Shown piece after piece: positions 22,343 to 35,173 of a stretch of 64,000 bases of DNA; the first letter of the stretch is position 1, and the number at the start of each line of letters is the position of its first letter. The position numbers were made by a program, and so were the translations under genes. The stretch is from Microthyrium microscopicum (Eukaryota). Location of the stretch: NCBI GenBank assembly GCA_010405405.1, contig MU004231.1, positions 3,218,401-3,282,400 of the forward strand. Direction: 5' to 3'. The notes under the pieces were generated by a model that was not told the origin of the DNA, did not search any database, and worked only from the letters and a program-made list of their open reading frames with translations.

Positions 22343-23794
22343 TCACACAACCAGTCTCCCAGCCGCAGTAGCCTCATCCAGTCCAACGCCAGTAATGTTC
22401 TGCAGTTGCAGATCAATCCACCTCTCCTCCCGCTCCTCCACCATCTTTTCAATCTGCACAACAGTCTCAAGCTCCTCAATGCTCCCTTTGATCAACTCGC
22501 TCGTCTCAATCATGACGTGACCCACACTCGACCCTTCTTGTGGCACCTCCAGCCCATCCAATATATTCCGCAAGCCGGCCAATCGTCGTATTAGTGTTGC
22601 CACTTCCTGTCTCCAATGCCCACCCAGTCCGTCCACACACTGCGCCGCCGCATCCGCATCGCCTTGTTCCTCAGCTTGCGTACGCAACTCCCAGAGCTCA
22701 TTGACCGCGTCTAGCCACTGCCCGAAACTATCAAGCACGTCGGCCACGCGCCCTGTCTTTGCGTCGCATAATACGTCTAGCTCTTGTAATACACCGGCTA
22801 GCGATTGTATGTTTTCACCTAGAGCGCCGTCAGGTCCGCCGCCCCATATTCCGAGTGCGAGACGGTTGCGGGCGGCGCGAATACCTCGTTCGCGCTCTTG
22901 TGTAATGTCCGCGCGCGCGGCAACGTCTGTGAAGCGGCTGCGCATTGTTTGCCGGGTCGATGTGCACCAAGCATTGTAGGTAGGGTCGAAGGAGGAGTGG
23001 AGGAGGGAAAGCTGGAGTAGGTAGGTTTGCAAGAAGCTTGTCTCGAGATTGAGGTTTCCTAAGTTATCGGCGGGCGGGAGTGGATGTATGAGCGTGCTCG
23101 ATGCGGGTTTAGGGCCGCGGTTCTTGAGAGGCGAGTAGTGTTGTTGGAGTGTGGAGAAGTTGGGCCGGCTGCCGGGAGGAAGGAGCATGGAGGTTGGTCG
23201 TGGTGGGCCAGGGAGCCGTGATGATGCTGGGATGGACGATGTGGAGGTTGTACTACCGGTTCGCGCATGTCTGGTGGAATTGGTACGACTCAAGGAGCCT
23301 GCTGGTAGTCTTGACTTTGGAGCTGCGGCGCCATACGTGGTATCCTCGACCGGCGATCGCTTTGTGACGTTTCTGTTTGATCCGCCTTCAGCTACGGTTG
23401 GCATGGGCTTCGAGCTCGATTGATTACGCGAGTGTGGGGGCTTGGTGGACATAGGTTTTCGCAGAGAAGTTGTTCTCGCTATACTTGGTGGCCGCCCTTG
23501 CTCTTCGGGTACTTGTGCCATAGGTTTTCGTATACCAGAGCCTGCAGATCCAACGCTGGTCGTGGTACTACCCGTATCAGCTCTTGGTCTCGCAGAATAA
23601 CTGACTTCACCGGGAGTTTGTATATTCGAAAGCTCGCGAACCGAAGTAGTATCGAGACCGAACATGCTCATAGGCCGTTGCTTAGTAGGAGACGCAATTC
23701 GTGAAGCGGAGGCATTGGCGAGGGTGCCCCTAGGCATGAGGAGTGATCTGCGTTTGGCGTTTTTAGAAGGCTCGGGTATATTTAATTCGGCCAT
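22343..23794 (-). CDS. Hypothetical protein: basic Ser/Thr/Arg-rich N-terminal half, helical/coiled-coil C-terminal half
   Basis: 483-aa intronless ORF with RPNFSTLQQHYSP followed by LQTYLLQLSLLH. Confidence 0.85.
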   Translation of the reverse strand: MAELNIPEPSKNAKRRSLLMPRGTLANASASRIASPTKQRPMSMFGLDTTSVRELSNIQTPGEVSYSARPRADTGSTTTSVGSAGSGIRKPMAQVPEEQGRPPSIARTTSLRKPMSTKPPHSRNQSSSKPMPTVAEGGSNRNVTKRSPVEDTTYGAAAPKSRLPAGSLSRTNSTRHARTGSTTSTSSIPASSRLPGPPRPTSMLLPPGSRPNFSTLQQHYSPLKNRGPKPASSTLIHPLPPADNLGNLNLETSFLQTYLLQLSLLHSSFDPTYNAWCTSTRQTMRSRFTDVAARADITQERERGIRAARNRLALGIWGGGPDGALGENIQSLAGVLQELDVLCDAKTGRVADVLDSFGQWLDAVNELWELRTQAEEQGDADAAAQCVDGLGGHWRQEVATLIRRLAGLRNILDGLEVPQEGSSVGHVMIETSELIKGSIEELETVVQIEKMVEEREERWIDLQLQNITGVGLDEATAAGRLVV

Positions 23795-23984
23795 TTTTAT
23801 GGGAGTTTGGAGGCGGAGATTATTGCGGACAGAGAGCTTCGGGATATCGTTGCTTCATTTGCTTATTTTCCGCGGTGTTTGTACCATGGTTTTAGATGTG
23901 GTTGCAGTTGGGAAGAATGGCCATGTAAACACCAGGAAATATGCCAAACGCCAAAGCCAGGAGAGTGTCACGTGTCATGCACCT

Positions 23985-24008
23985 AGACCAGACCAGACCA
24001 GACCAGAC
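23985..24008. repeat. (AGACC)n microsatellite
   Basis: About five tandem AGACC units. Confidence 0.85.
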
Positions 24009-24304
24009 ATGCATGCCAATGTCTTTGATAATGCATTATTTAGGGGTGAATACAGCAGAAATAGTCTATTTTATTTTGGACTTCTGGACATGTGTAATAT
24101 TCATGAATTGCATTGGACATCGTTGCTACGTTGGTCCGTACTACGCAGAGCATGAAGCTGCAAAGCGCAAAAGCGGATAGAAATTGTCTCCACTTCAAAA
24201 CCACGAATACGGAGACCGGAATCAAACTTCTAGCAGTCTGGAAAAATCAACGGTAGTGCGTACTACGGATCCAGGAACCTCTAAATGACCAGGTATCTCT
24301 ATCT

Positions 24305-25099
24305 CTATAAGCTGCCTCTCCGTTGTGGAAAACTGACGCCCTCTACTGCTGCAGTGTCAGTAAACCAACTGACACGGTCTTGGGCGAGATGATTGATCAA
24401 TCCAGAAGGCAAACTGTGCCCATCATCCCCGTCAAAAATCTTCTTCAAAATTTCCTTTTTCCCGGCACCAGTTGCGACAAAGCCGATCTTGATACCATGG
24501 CTGGCTACGGGAAGACTGAAGGTGATTCGTTTTGGAGGAGGCTTCGGGCTGTCCGAGATGGAGAGAATCCAAGCATTTGTTTCACGCAACAAAGGAGATC
24601 CGGGAAACAAACTGCAAGTGTGTCCATCAGGTCCGCATCCAAGGAGAATGAGGTCGAACATGGGCACGCGAACACTGTCACCCTTAGCGAACACCTTCAC
24701 GAGTTCTTGCTCATACGCTTCAGCCATCTCTTCGACATCATCGAGATACTTCTCGTCGATGGTGAAGACAGTTGGCTTGCCCATGTCCTCAGGGATTTTG
24801 TCTAGCCAGTTCTCCTTCACAAGCTTGTAGTTGCTGTCTTCATGATCGAGCGGTACACATCGCTCATCAGCAAAGAAGACCTCCCATTTCTTGAATTGAG
24901 GAGTATCGGCGTCGGATCCGTCACCGGGCTGGAGCAGCGCTTGCGCAAGAGTTTTGGGCAACGAGCCGCCGGACACGGCAATGCGAAAAACGTCGTGGCG
25001 AGCAAAGGACTGGTTTTGCGCATCAAGGACATAGCTCCGGAGTTGAATTGCGAGTTCGTCTGCTGTCGCGAAAGCGTATAGGTTCGGTGGTTTGACCAT
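24305..25099 (-). CDS. 6-phosphogluconolactonase (SOL family)
   Basis: Motifs IAVSGGSLP, FFADERCVP..HEDSNY, DLILLGCGPDGHTCSLFP and DSPKPPPKRIT. Confidence 0.96.
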   Translation of the reverse strand: MVKPPNLYAFATADELAIQLRSYVLDAQNQSFARHDVFRIAVSGGSLPKTLAQALLQPGDGSDADTPQFKKWEVFFADERCVPLDHEDSNYKLVKENWLDKIPEDMGKPTVFTIDEKYLDDVEEMAEAYEQELVKVFAKGDSVRVPMFDLILLGCGPDGHTCSLFPGSPLLRETNAWILSISDSPKPPPKRITFSLPVASHGIKIGFVATGAGKKEILKKIFDGDDGHSLPSGLINHLAQDRVSWFTDTAAVEGVSFPQRRGSL

Positions 25100-25920
25100 G
25101 GCTCAAGTTTGATTGAATTGGAAGTTCCAGGGTGGATTCGAGAATGAGCCTGTTACAAGACCGAATAGTAGGTAGGCGCAACAGACGAGGTCTGCCAGAA
25201 TCGCACGAGATAACAGAAGACAGCGAAACGAGTCTAGGGCGGGTGCATTAGGGAACACAGGGTGTATACAATTCCGAATAAGCGGTAACAAGATGTGGAG
25301 GAATACCGGAGTCGCGGAGTTGGTTCAAGGTTCGAGTAGTTATCTACAAGTGGAGATCACGCAGCGATTTGAGTCTTACGGCCCGCGATTTGGTGTGAGA
25401 TAGCAAGAGCCTGATGTCATTTCGAGGTTGCTTCAAGCAGTTTGTATGTAAACATCCCCACAACAGCGCCAAATCCAAGAATGAGCTTGAAACAATACAC
25501 TTGACTTCTAAGACAGGATTTTGAGCCTCTACTCAGTGTGAATTTTCTGACTTTCGAACAAAGTTTAAGCTCAATTATGTGCACTTTCACGAAATGGGAT
25601 TCGGCCCGATATCGCACGTGTTGGTCCAGAAGGCGAACCGAAAATCCCTGTCAGTTGCCTGTTTGCCTTTATTTGCGGCCCGAGTTTCCGTAACTACCTT
25701 TACGACAGTTGGATACTACAAAAGTAAATGTGCTAGAAAGAAAGCACTCCCTACATCTGAAATGTTTTGAGGGAAGATGAGCAAGAGCAAACTAGAGACG
25801 CTAGCCGGTACAAGCTGGAGAACATGAAGATGCCTCGCAAGCCACATCTCCTCGCCCAACACCACAGTGACTCTCAATCTCTACTATTGGCATTAGCCTC
25901 TTCCTTTAATTGAATACACA

Positions 25921-28900
25921 ATGTCTAAATGGCCATTCTTAGATCCGGCTGCTCTTATGGAACATGCTACAATCTTGAGGGAGGCTACAGTCCATGAGCA
26001 GACTGTCCTAATGAACCGGACTGGTGCGTCTCATGGTAACCAATTAAGCATCTTACAAATTGCGCCTCCACACTCTGTATCTAACGAATTGATAGACAAG
26101 CCAGCAACCGACGCCAACATCTTGGACGAAAAGCGCTTGGAGATGTCACAGGTAAGCCTTATCGTGTAGCATTATGTTTGAACCCATCTCGTTGATGGAG
26201 CTACCCAACTCGTCGACAAAATAAATGGCATGCTTTCCATCAGATATGATGTTCATCATCTGCTACGCTTCATCATGAGGTCCTGATTGCCCAGAGACTT
26301 CGTCAACCCCTCGATTCTTCATCGAAGGCGCTGGAGTTAAAGCATCTCATCATCATCGTGGGTGATGAAAAACACCGTAGCCAATGGGAGCGCGTCATTC
26401 ATTGTGTCGACCGGTTTAGCAACCGTTGCGGCCCCATCAAATGCACTAGGCCTTCGATGGTTACTATCGCGTGCTCTCTTCCCCTTACAATGAGAAGAAA
26501 AGTCTTCGTTGTGCTTGGAAAATGACTGAAAACCTACTAAGAGTTGTCAGGCTCCTCCTCACAACCCGCGAGAATCTCGGGAACGACCGTTCTACTCTGA
26601 AGACACCGTCTGGCGCAAAGGCAGCTCTCAGCTTGGCACCATTGATAGAACAGCACTAGAACCCGCCGATCACGTTCCAATATCCCCAGATTGGCACTTG
26701 GAATACACACGACATCCCGATATCTCCAAAAAGGCTTTCAAGGAATTTCTAATGACTGGAGCGCCGCCAACGGGTTCCGTACTTGTTGACTGGAACGACG
26801 AATACGGAGAGGTAGAGCTGATTCCAACGGAATTTTTGAAATTGGATTCTCGACACATCGGCTGTTCAGACCTGGTGCGGAAATACCCAGGAGACCCGAT
26901 GAGCGGCATCGTAGTCGGTAAGATACCTCCGTGTCAAATCACATCTCTTGACTGCATTCGAGAAATCAATATCAGTGATCTTTGATGGAGTCCAGAGGAT
27001 GTGTTCTTGGATCAAGTCCTATGGGAGTCATTGAATTCATGTCTGATCGAGTGCTACGGATCCCGCCAAACGCGATACCTGTTTCACGGATTCACTCCGA
27101 ACAGGCTCAATTATCTTTTCAAGCATGTTAGCTCTGTTCGTGATCTTTTACTGACAAGACTTAGGCAAGCAAGTTCTGTACACCCTCATGCCTTTATGCG
27201 ATCCTCGTCGACTTGGGAGCTTCTCGGTCGCAACGGATCCAAAAGATCCTTTCAAATATCATGAATGGGCATTGTATAATGTGCCAGAAAGCGATCTCAA
27301 ACTGGCCGCTGAATTCAGCATCGGCGATATATTGGAGTGTCAGGGGTGGCTCGGTTCCATTCGACGCATATCATATAGTATTGCGCTTCGGCTTTCCAAC
27401 GAAACTTATGTCGAGTTCGAAAATCCACGACAAGTGGTTATCAAGCGGGGTCCACAAGATTTCGAAGTTGGTGAAGAGGTCCGAATTGACAAGGTAAGCT
27501 TTCCCTCAAACACGATGAAAAGCCACCCAGGGGCCCGGCAAAGAAATGGCGCTATGTCTTGCAGTGGCAGCTCACACTGGCTTCCTAGACCGCCATCCAC
27601 GTTCATGTGCTAATAAACGTCAGGATAACCTTCGACAGGGAAGTTGGATACACGGAGAATACGATAAGAACATCGGAAACCGAGCTGATGTGGTCGCTGT
27701 TAAGCCGAAGACACTCGCAATCGTCTGGAGTAGGAGCCGAATGGATAAAGCACCTGGTCCTCGACCTGGTAAGCCGTCAGCCTTTAAGAATATCCAATCT
27801 TGATAGGACTTCGATTAACTGACAGTTTTCAGAGTCTTTAATCCTCGTGCAGGATATGGAAAACCGTGGCGTGACTCGAGCAAGCTCGATTAAAGGCAAA
27901 GAGTTCAAAACAAAGCTTTGGCCCTATGGCGAGGATGAAGAATTTCCATTACACGAGCATGTTAGATTTGTTGATCTCGCCGCAGCACTAGAAAAGCACC
28001 GTGCCCATGACGAGAACGCAACACCAGCAAAGCAATTACTACCTAGAAAAATGCAGGAAATACCGCATACAGTTACAGGGGGGTATGACTTGAATATCTA
28101 TGGTATCCTTCGGAGCCAGGCAATATGTACTGTGCATTGGCAAGATGGGTCAGCAACTCAACAATTTGCTCAAGACCTTGAGATCATAACCGAGGTTCCG
28201 GACGAATATGAATTATGGCCTGGAGATGTTGTCATACCTCGACAAGCTCAAAACAAATCAGAGCACTTTTATCGTCCTATAAGAATTGGCGTTGTCCAAA
28301 CTGTCGCGCCAAAAGACAGAATGGCCACTGTTCTCTGGCAAAACAATCCCGATCTGGAGTTTTTTTTGGAGCACGACTCGAATAAGATGTATTTGGCGGG
28401 CGATTCATACTCCGGCTTTCCAGTCTATGCTGCACCGCATGGCAATGGCTATTTGGAAGAAGTCACTGTCTTCGATGTAATGACGGCAGGAACTTTAGCC
28501 TCTCAAAAGCATCATGACCATGTCCTAATAAATGCAGCTCAAGTCGAGGCACTGCGTGCACGACATCAGGCGGCGAAAAACGCGATATGTAACTGTTCGA
28601 TTTGCAGCCAACCCCACGGAACAGACACTCTTGATTGGTTTGGGAAAGTGGTTGGACGCGGCTTGAATGGCCTGATGGTGAGTTTGTCTCCCCGTGTAAA
28701 TCCACATATGTCGACAATATTTGAAAAAACTGAAACATCGTATTTCCCGTCACATTCGACTAGAAACGCATACTATGGGTGCCATCAAATGCAATGGGAG
28801 GTACGATGTTTTATGGGACGATCCTGAAAAGACCGTTTGATATTTTCAAAGCGTGTTAACTTTGATCGTAATCTTCCACTGACCAATTCCAGACTGTTCG

Positions 28901-30440
28901 CCTTTCGGGATTAGAGGAAATCGAAGACCGCGAGTTCCCACCAGAGGCGCTGGCATGTTCATTACGTGTAGCTGGATATGGTGAGCTCGTAGATGCGATG
29001 GGGGATGATGATGTTCCTGATGATGGGGTAAATGATGAGATGGAAATGGACAGCTCAGCGACCGAAGAACCTGAGCCTTTGGAAGTCTGGGCAGAAGACG
29101 AAAATGGAGATCGTGTGTCCATGGAAGGCGACGAGGGGTGGTCAACGGATGAAACAACCGATTCGAACTCCGATGGCAACGTTAGTATGGGTAATTCTCC
29201 ATACAATGACCGATCTGAAATTGCCGATGTTGCCGATATTGTCGACTCTGTTGACACTGTACTCGAAGCATCAACACCAAATTCTCCGCCGAAGCTTTCA
29301 GGCTTAGGAGCGCCCGAAAGATATGTCTTGCTTGAAAGTGAGCCTCCAGCCGACCACCATTTCTTGAAGCCTGGCACAGCGGAAGCTGCTCCTCAAAAAC
29401 TGCGTGCTATGCGCAAAGAACACAAGATACTGGCATCATCTCTACCCGAGGGTGTGTTTGTGCGCAGTTGGGAATCTAGGCTCGAATTATTTCGTGTGCT
29501 GATTATTGGTCCCGTCGACACGCCATATGAGCATGCGCCTCTCCTCATCGATATCGCTTTGCCTGACAAATATCCCCACAGTCCGCCACTCGCGTACTTT
29601 CACTCTTGGACATATGGACAAGGCAGAGTCAATCCGAACCTTTATGAGGACGGCAAGATATGCTTGAGCTTGTTAAACACGTAAGTGCATGATCCCATCT
29701 CTAATTACAAAGAAACATCATATCTCTCATCGCGTCCGATGGATCCATAGCACTCGATCAGAGACAAATCTTATGGTAGCCATCGGTTGCGATAGGAAAT
29801 ACGGTGTTTTGGGGTTGTTGGATAACAGTAGGAAATGTGGCATCGCGCGAGGGGATCTTACCTGAGTTGATGCTTCAGTATGCAATATTGTGCTGTCTGG
29901 CATACGCAGAGATCACTCAGAGCCTCATTTTTTTCTCCAATCACTAACTACATTTGCACCAGATGGTCAGGCGAACGTCAAACTGAGACCTGGACTCCAG
30001 GTAGCTCTACCTTACTGCAAGCTATCGTCAGCATACTAGGTCTTGTACTTGTTGCTGAGCCTTACTACAACGAAGCCGGCTACGAGTCTCGAGCTGGCTC
30101 TTCCGACACCTCCACACAATCTGCTCATTATACAGAGCGAGCATATCTTGCGTGCCGAAAATTCATCAAACACGCCCTCCAAAATGATATCGAACCATTC
30201 AAGGAAGTTCTAGAGTGGCTATATGTCAGCTCTTTCGCGGGTGCACCAAAACTACTGGATCGAAGCATCACAGAGCTAAAGATCATTAGCGAGAATGAAG
30301 GGGAGCCTTTGACCTATGGCGGACTGAAAACAGTGAGCAAAGCCGCGCTGGTAATGTCTAGAAGAGTGCTGCAGGAGCTTGAGACATTTCGTGAATCCCT
30401 TCAGCAGGATGCAACTGACGGCGCCGTCATGCAGTCTTAA
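25921..30440 (+). CDS. UBE2O-like large ubiquitin-conjugating enzyme; 7 exons (25921-26151, 26551-26917, 27165-27493, 27624-27768, 27833-28677, 28893-29680, 29963-30440)
   Basis: C-terminal UBC domain ([46 protein letters not shown]) and N-terminal motifs FYSEDTV, NLRQGSWIHGEYD, VHWQDGS and DWFGKVV..TVRL. Intron phases are consistent throughout. Exon 1 is the least certain. Confidence 0.9.
26207..26416. mobile_element. Foldback element, family C copy 3, inside intron 1 of the UBE2O-like gene
   Basis: Left arm AACTCGTCGACAAAATAAATGGCATGCTTTCCAT versus right-arm reverse complement AACCGGTCGACACAATGAATGACGCGCTCCCAT. It shares CAAAATAAATGGC and GCTACGCT with copies 1 and 2. Confidence 0.7.
28733..28811. 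repeat. Intronic hairpin (UBE2O-like intron 5)
   Basis: AAACATCGTA...TACGATGTTT forms a perfect 10-bp stem, extended by TTTCCC/GGGAGG with G-U pairs. Confidence 0.7.
29713..29810. repeat. Intronic hairpin (UBE2O-like intron 6), homologous to the intron-5 hairpin
   Basis: ATCGC..CCGATGG..CCATA pairs with TATGG..CCATCGG..GCGAT. The right arm 29772-29810 matches 28774-28812 at 29/39 positions without gaps. Confidence 0.7.
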
Positions 30441-30799
30441 TCGTTTAGAATTGTACTAGTCTTAGTACACAAGATACCCCATCAATACCCATCGTATAAA
30501 TAGACACAAATCAACTTGCGTTGTAGTGAACCATGACTTTCCAACCAAGTGACAACTGAACTGGCGCGCTTTCCTTTCTTGGCTCGACCGGTTGAGTTTC
30601 ATCGGATTCTTACTCACCCGCAACATCAATATATTGGCTCGATCTGAATCTCCAACAACCTATCAGGCTGAACAAGGCTGAAATAGCCGAGGCGCTTTGA
30701 CCATGAAGCTTTACTCCCTTTGAGCTCATTAGTCAACAAGTGCAACATCCCATCTTCACAACTATTATCATTCACTAATCCACAACCTACATCCCTTCA

Positions 30800-31256
30800 A
30801 TGAACTCCCTAACTTCCTACCTGCCCTCCTCGCCAGGCTACCTCCCCTATTGGCTCCTCTTCGTACGTCCCGTCTGCGTCCCAATTCGGAACGCTCACTA
30901 ACCGCCAGGTTTCCGTCGTCTCTGTCGCCAACAGCGTTCAAGCCTACGTCTCTCTGGGCCCAACGCAGCAAGTCTACGCAGCCACTCCATCACCTGTCAC
31001 ACCACTAAGTGCCCGCACTTTTGGCACCTGGACACTGCTCTCCTCCGTCATCCGTCTCTACGCTGCATACGATATCACGAATAAGCCGGTTTATGAGATT
31101 GCGTTGGCATCATATGGCATAGCATTCGCACACTTTTTCAGCGAATGGCTTGTCTTTGGGAGCACAAAATGGGGCAAGGGGTTGGCGGGACCAGCAATCG
31201 TTAGTACAATGACGATTGGGTGGATGGTTAGCCAGAAGGACTTTTATGTATCGTGA
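30800..31256 (+). CDS. ERG28: Ergosterol biosynthesis scaffold protein Erg28; exons 30800-30862, 30909-31256
   Basis: Absent from the ORF track. Manual splicing gives MNSLTSYLPSSPGYLPYWLLFVSVVSVANSVQAY..VTPLSARTFGTWTLLSSVIRLYAAY..HFFSEWLVFG, the Erg28 signature. Confidence 0.93.
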
Positions 31257-31331
31257 GAGACACTGCATATTATGTGAAGAGAATTAAGTGAAGGATTGTA
31301 ATGTTTATTCAAGAGTGGTATATTGTACAAA

Positions 31332-32637
<1,306 letters not shown>

Positions 32638-32872
32638 TCACTTGCTGCGATGGACTGCAGTAAGAAGTCGTTAAATTATGTCACGATGCAGCTACATAAG
32701 AGAAAGGAACCTAGGTAATCGGCATGCCGCATCGGCCCGTGATCGGATACGAGCAAGGGTTCAGCACCTTAATAGCTTGATGCCAGCTTCACCCATCAAT
32801 TAATGCTGCCTACGAAGCGAACAACCACGTACATTGTCAACATTCGAACGGTTCGCATTTCATGATCTGAAG

Positions 32873-33893
32873 ATGGCCTCGTCAGCAAACACATACAATC
32901 CTGAAGACATCATAGATCCCGATGATGGTACCAGACGCCAGCGCAAGCAATGCCACCAAGCTCCAAGCTAATTGTCTACAGCTACACTCGACGAACTTGA
33001 CGACCCACTTGCCAGCACCAGCGATCGAGCTCCATTAACCGGCAATATTCAATCTTCATCGTCGCGAGGAGGTGCCAACCCCCAAAACTACCTTACATCT
33101 GCCATTGCGGGCGAAGACCGTCGTGCGCCGTCCAACACCATTGATGAGTCGGTATGGGAGACTCTGTCGCGAGACCTCAAGGCTGTGTGGGAGAAGATGC
33201 GCCAGGTACTATGGCCTAAGTACCTACTAGGTGGCATTCTGGTACGCGGAGGTGGTGGGATTGCTGGTGATGCGGAGGAGGGTCGAGCGACTGGTGGTGT
33301 AAGAGGTGCATTCGGACGATGGCCAGATGCCGATGATGTCCTTAGAGGAGGTATGAGTGAGGGTTTGAGAGACTGGGACTTATGGTATGTTGAGCTCTGG
33401 ATAGTTTGGACTCGGAACTCGTGAAGCTGACTTCTTTCAGGGGCCCATTACTTTTCAGTTTGCTTCTAGCCTTCCTCCTGTCAAGAGGTGCAAGAGATGA
33501 TCAGAAGGCTGCAGTATTCTCAGGCGTATTTGCCATGACCTGGATTGGTAAAGCTGTGGTCACTACCCAGATTAGACTGCTAGGAGGCCATGTGTATGTC
33601 ATTCCTCCACACTGCACCATTGCTTTCAGCTAACCAATTTCAGTTCCTTCTTCCAGGCCATGTGCATCATTGGATATACTCTTTTTCCTCTAGTCATTGC
33701 GGCGCTCTTGAGTTCATTTGGACTGCCCACGATTCCCAGGATCCCAATTTATGTCGTGCTAGTGATCTGGTCGCTTGCCGCAGGCGTTAGCATACTGGGT
33801 GGCTCTGGAGTCATCAAAGGACGCGTTGGACTGGCGATTTATCCCCTGTTGGTCTTTTATGTCGGTTTGGGATGTATTTGTTTTATTACCTGA
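32873..33893 (+). CDS. Yip1-domain Golgi membrane protein (Yip4/YIPF6-like); 4 exons
   Basis: Motifs NTIDESVWETLSRDL, LRDWDLW|GPL, QIRLLGG and CIIGYTLFPL..YPLLVFY. Confidence 0.9.
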
Positions 33894-33989
33894 TTCGCAT
33901 GTATTGATACCCAATGATAACATATCGTTCTTACTTCACGTAGGACTGGCAGTCACTTTTGCTAACAACCTTCAATGTTGACAGCCAAC

Positions 33990-34188
33990 GGGTTGGCAAA
34001 ATAAATGGCGCGCTCCCATCAGCCTCGTTGGCTCTCAGACGCTACGCTCTTTTATCGTGTGCTCCATAGAGGATGTTCAGATTCGAATGATTCATCGAAT
34101 CCAATGGCAAATATAGCATCATTTGCTTAAGAGCGTTGGTGGCAGCCATTAGAGTTGAGGGAAGAACCCCATTTATTTTGCCATGCCA
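33990..34188. mobile_element. Foldback element, family C copy 2
   Basis: TGGCAAAATAAATGGCGCGCTCCCATC ... CCATTTATTTTGCCATGCC; internal and terminal segments align with 19830-20022. Confidence 0.78.
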
Positions 34189-35173
34189 TTAACAGCTTTG
34201 GGGGTTTGGCGGCGTCAATTTTGTCCAACTGCAAGGGACGTTCTTTGAATTCTACAGTATCGATACGGGTCGTGCAGTGCCCATGATAGAAGCTATCGAA
34301 CAAGATTGATGTAAGAGTAAAAACGTGGCAACGTTTTTATACTGACCTCGCCTCTTCGCGGGCTTCTTTCCTAATAAGGACGCAAACAGCGACTGGCCAG
34401 TCACACTACTATGTCTTCTATCAATGTCTGCCGTTCCGGTATTTCAGTTGTTCACTGCAGTACTCTATCCTGTGATAATTGGAACGCAGTCATCCTCGTC
34501 ACGGGCTCAGGTCAAACAAAAGGCTCCCAGTCCTTCTCTTGTACGAAATTAGAACTTTGAAACATCTGATCAAAGCCTAACAGAACAAATACAAAGTTCA
34601 GAGCTTAGGTGACATATATGACCTCAAAGCTGACAGTTCATGAGGTGTCTGTGGGGTCTGAAGTATTTAATCCACCCACTCGAGCCTCGACTTTGTGCCA
34701 CTTCACTTTCTGCACATGCGGTTAGGTCCAAGCCCGCTACCTCTTCAGTCAGTCAACAAAACTTCAATATCCCTATTACGCCTTCCTATTTGGGAAGTTA
34801 CAATCCAGGCGCGTTCTACACTTAGCTTCCTTACCCTGCAGGAGGCCATCGTGGGTCAAGGCCGTCGGGACCTGACCGGCCTCATCAGCCACAGCTCTCT
34901 CCAGGTAGCCAGAAACCGATCGAAAACAACCTTCTTTCTCTTTAATCTTCCTCGTCCATCTCTCACCTCTCACCTCTCACATCTCAAATCCCAAAGGTAA
35001 GCCAATATTGTCCCGACGGCGCAAATGACCGCATTCTCTACTATCACAAACTCGCTGTTTGTACTGTCTACGTCCACATCAACCTCCATCCAAACCAAAC
35101 AACCCAAGCTTCGCTTAAGCCCTCCAACCGGAGTCATTCCTTCTTGATTGCCAAAACAGCGAACCTTAAAGAC

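Noticed and set aside
25103..25291. In-frame ORF upstream of the lactonase, separated by TGA (possible read-through extension)
   Set aside because: It starts with TTG rather than ATG, and there is no other support.
28765..28800. Possible small internal exon (ctag|AAACGC..GGGAG|gtacga) in UBE2O-like intron 5
   Set aside because: It lies within the hairpin element, and direct splicing 28677 to 28893 gives the more family-like GLM-TVRL. Not excluded as a minor isoform.
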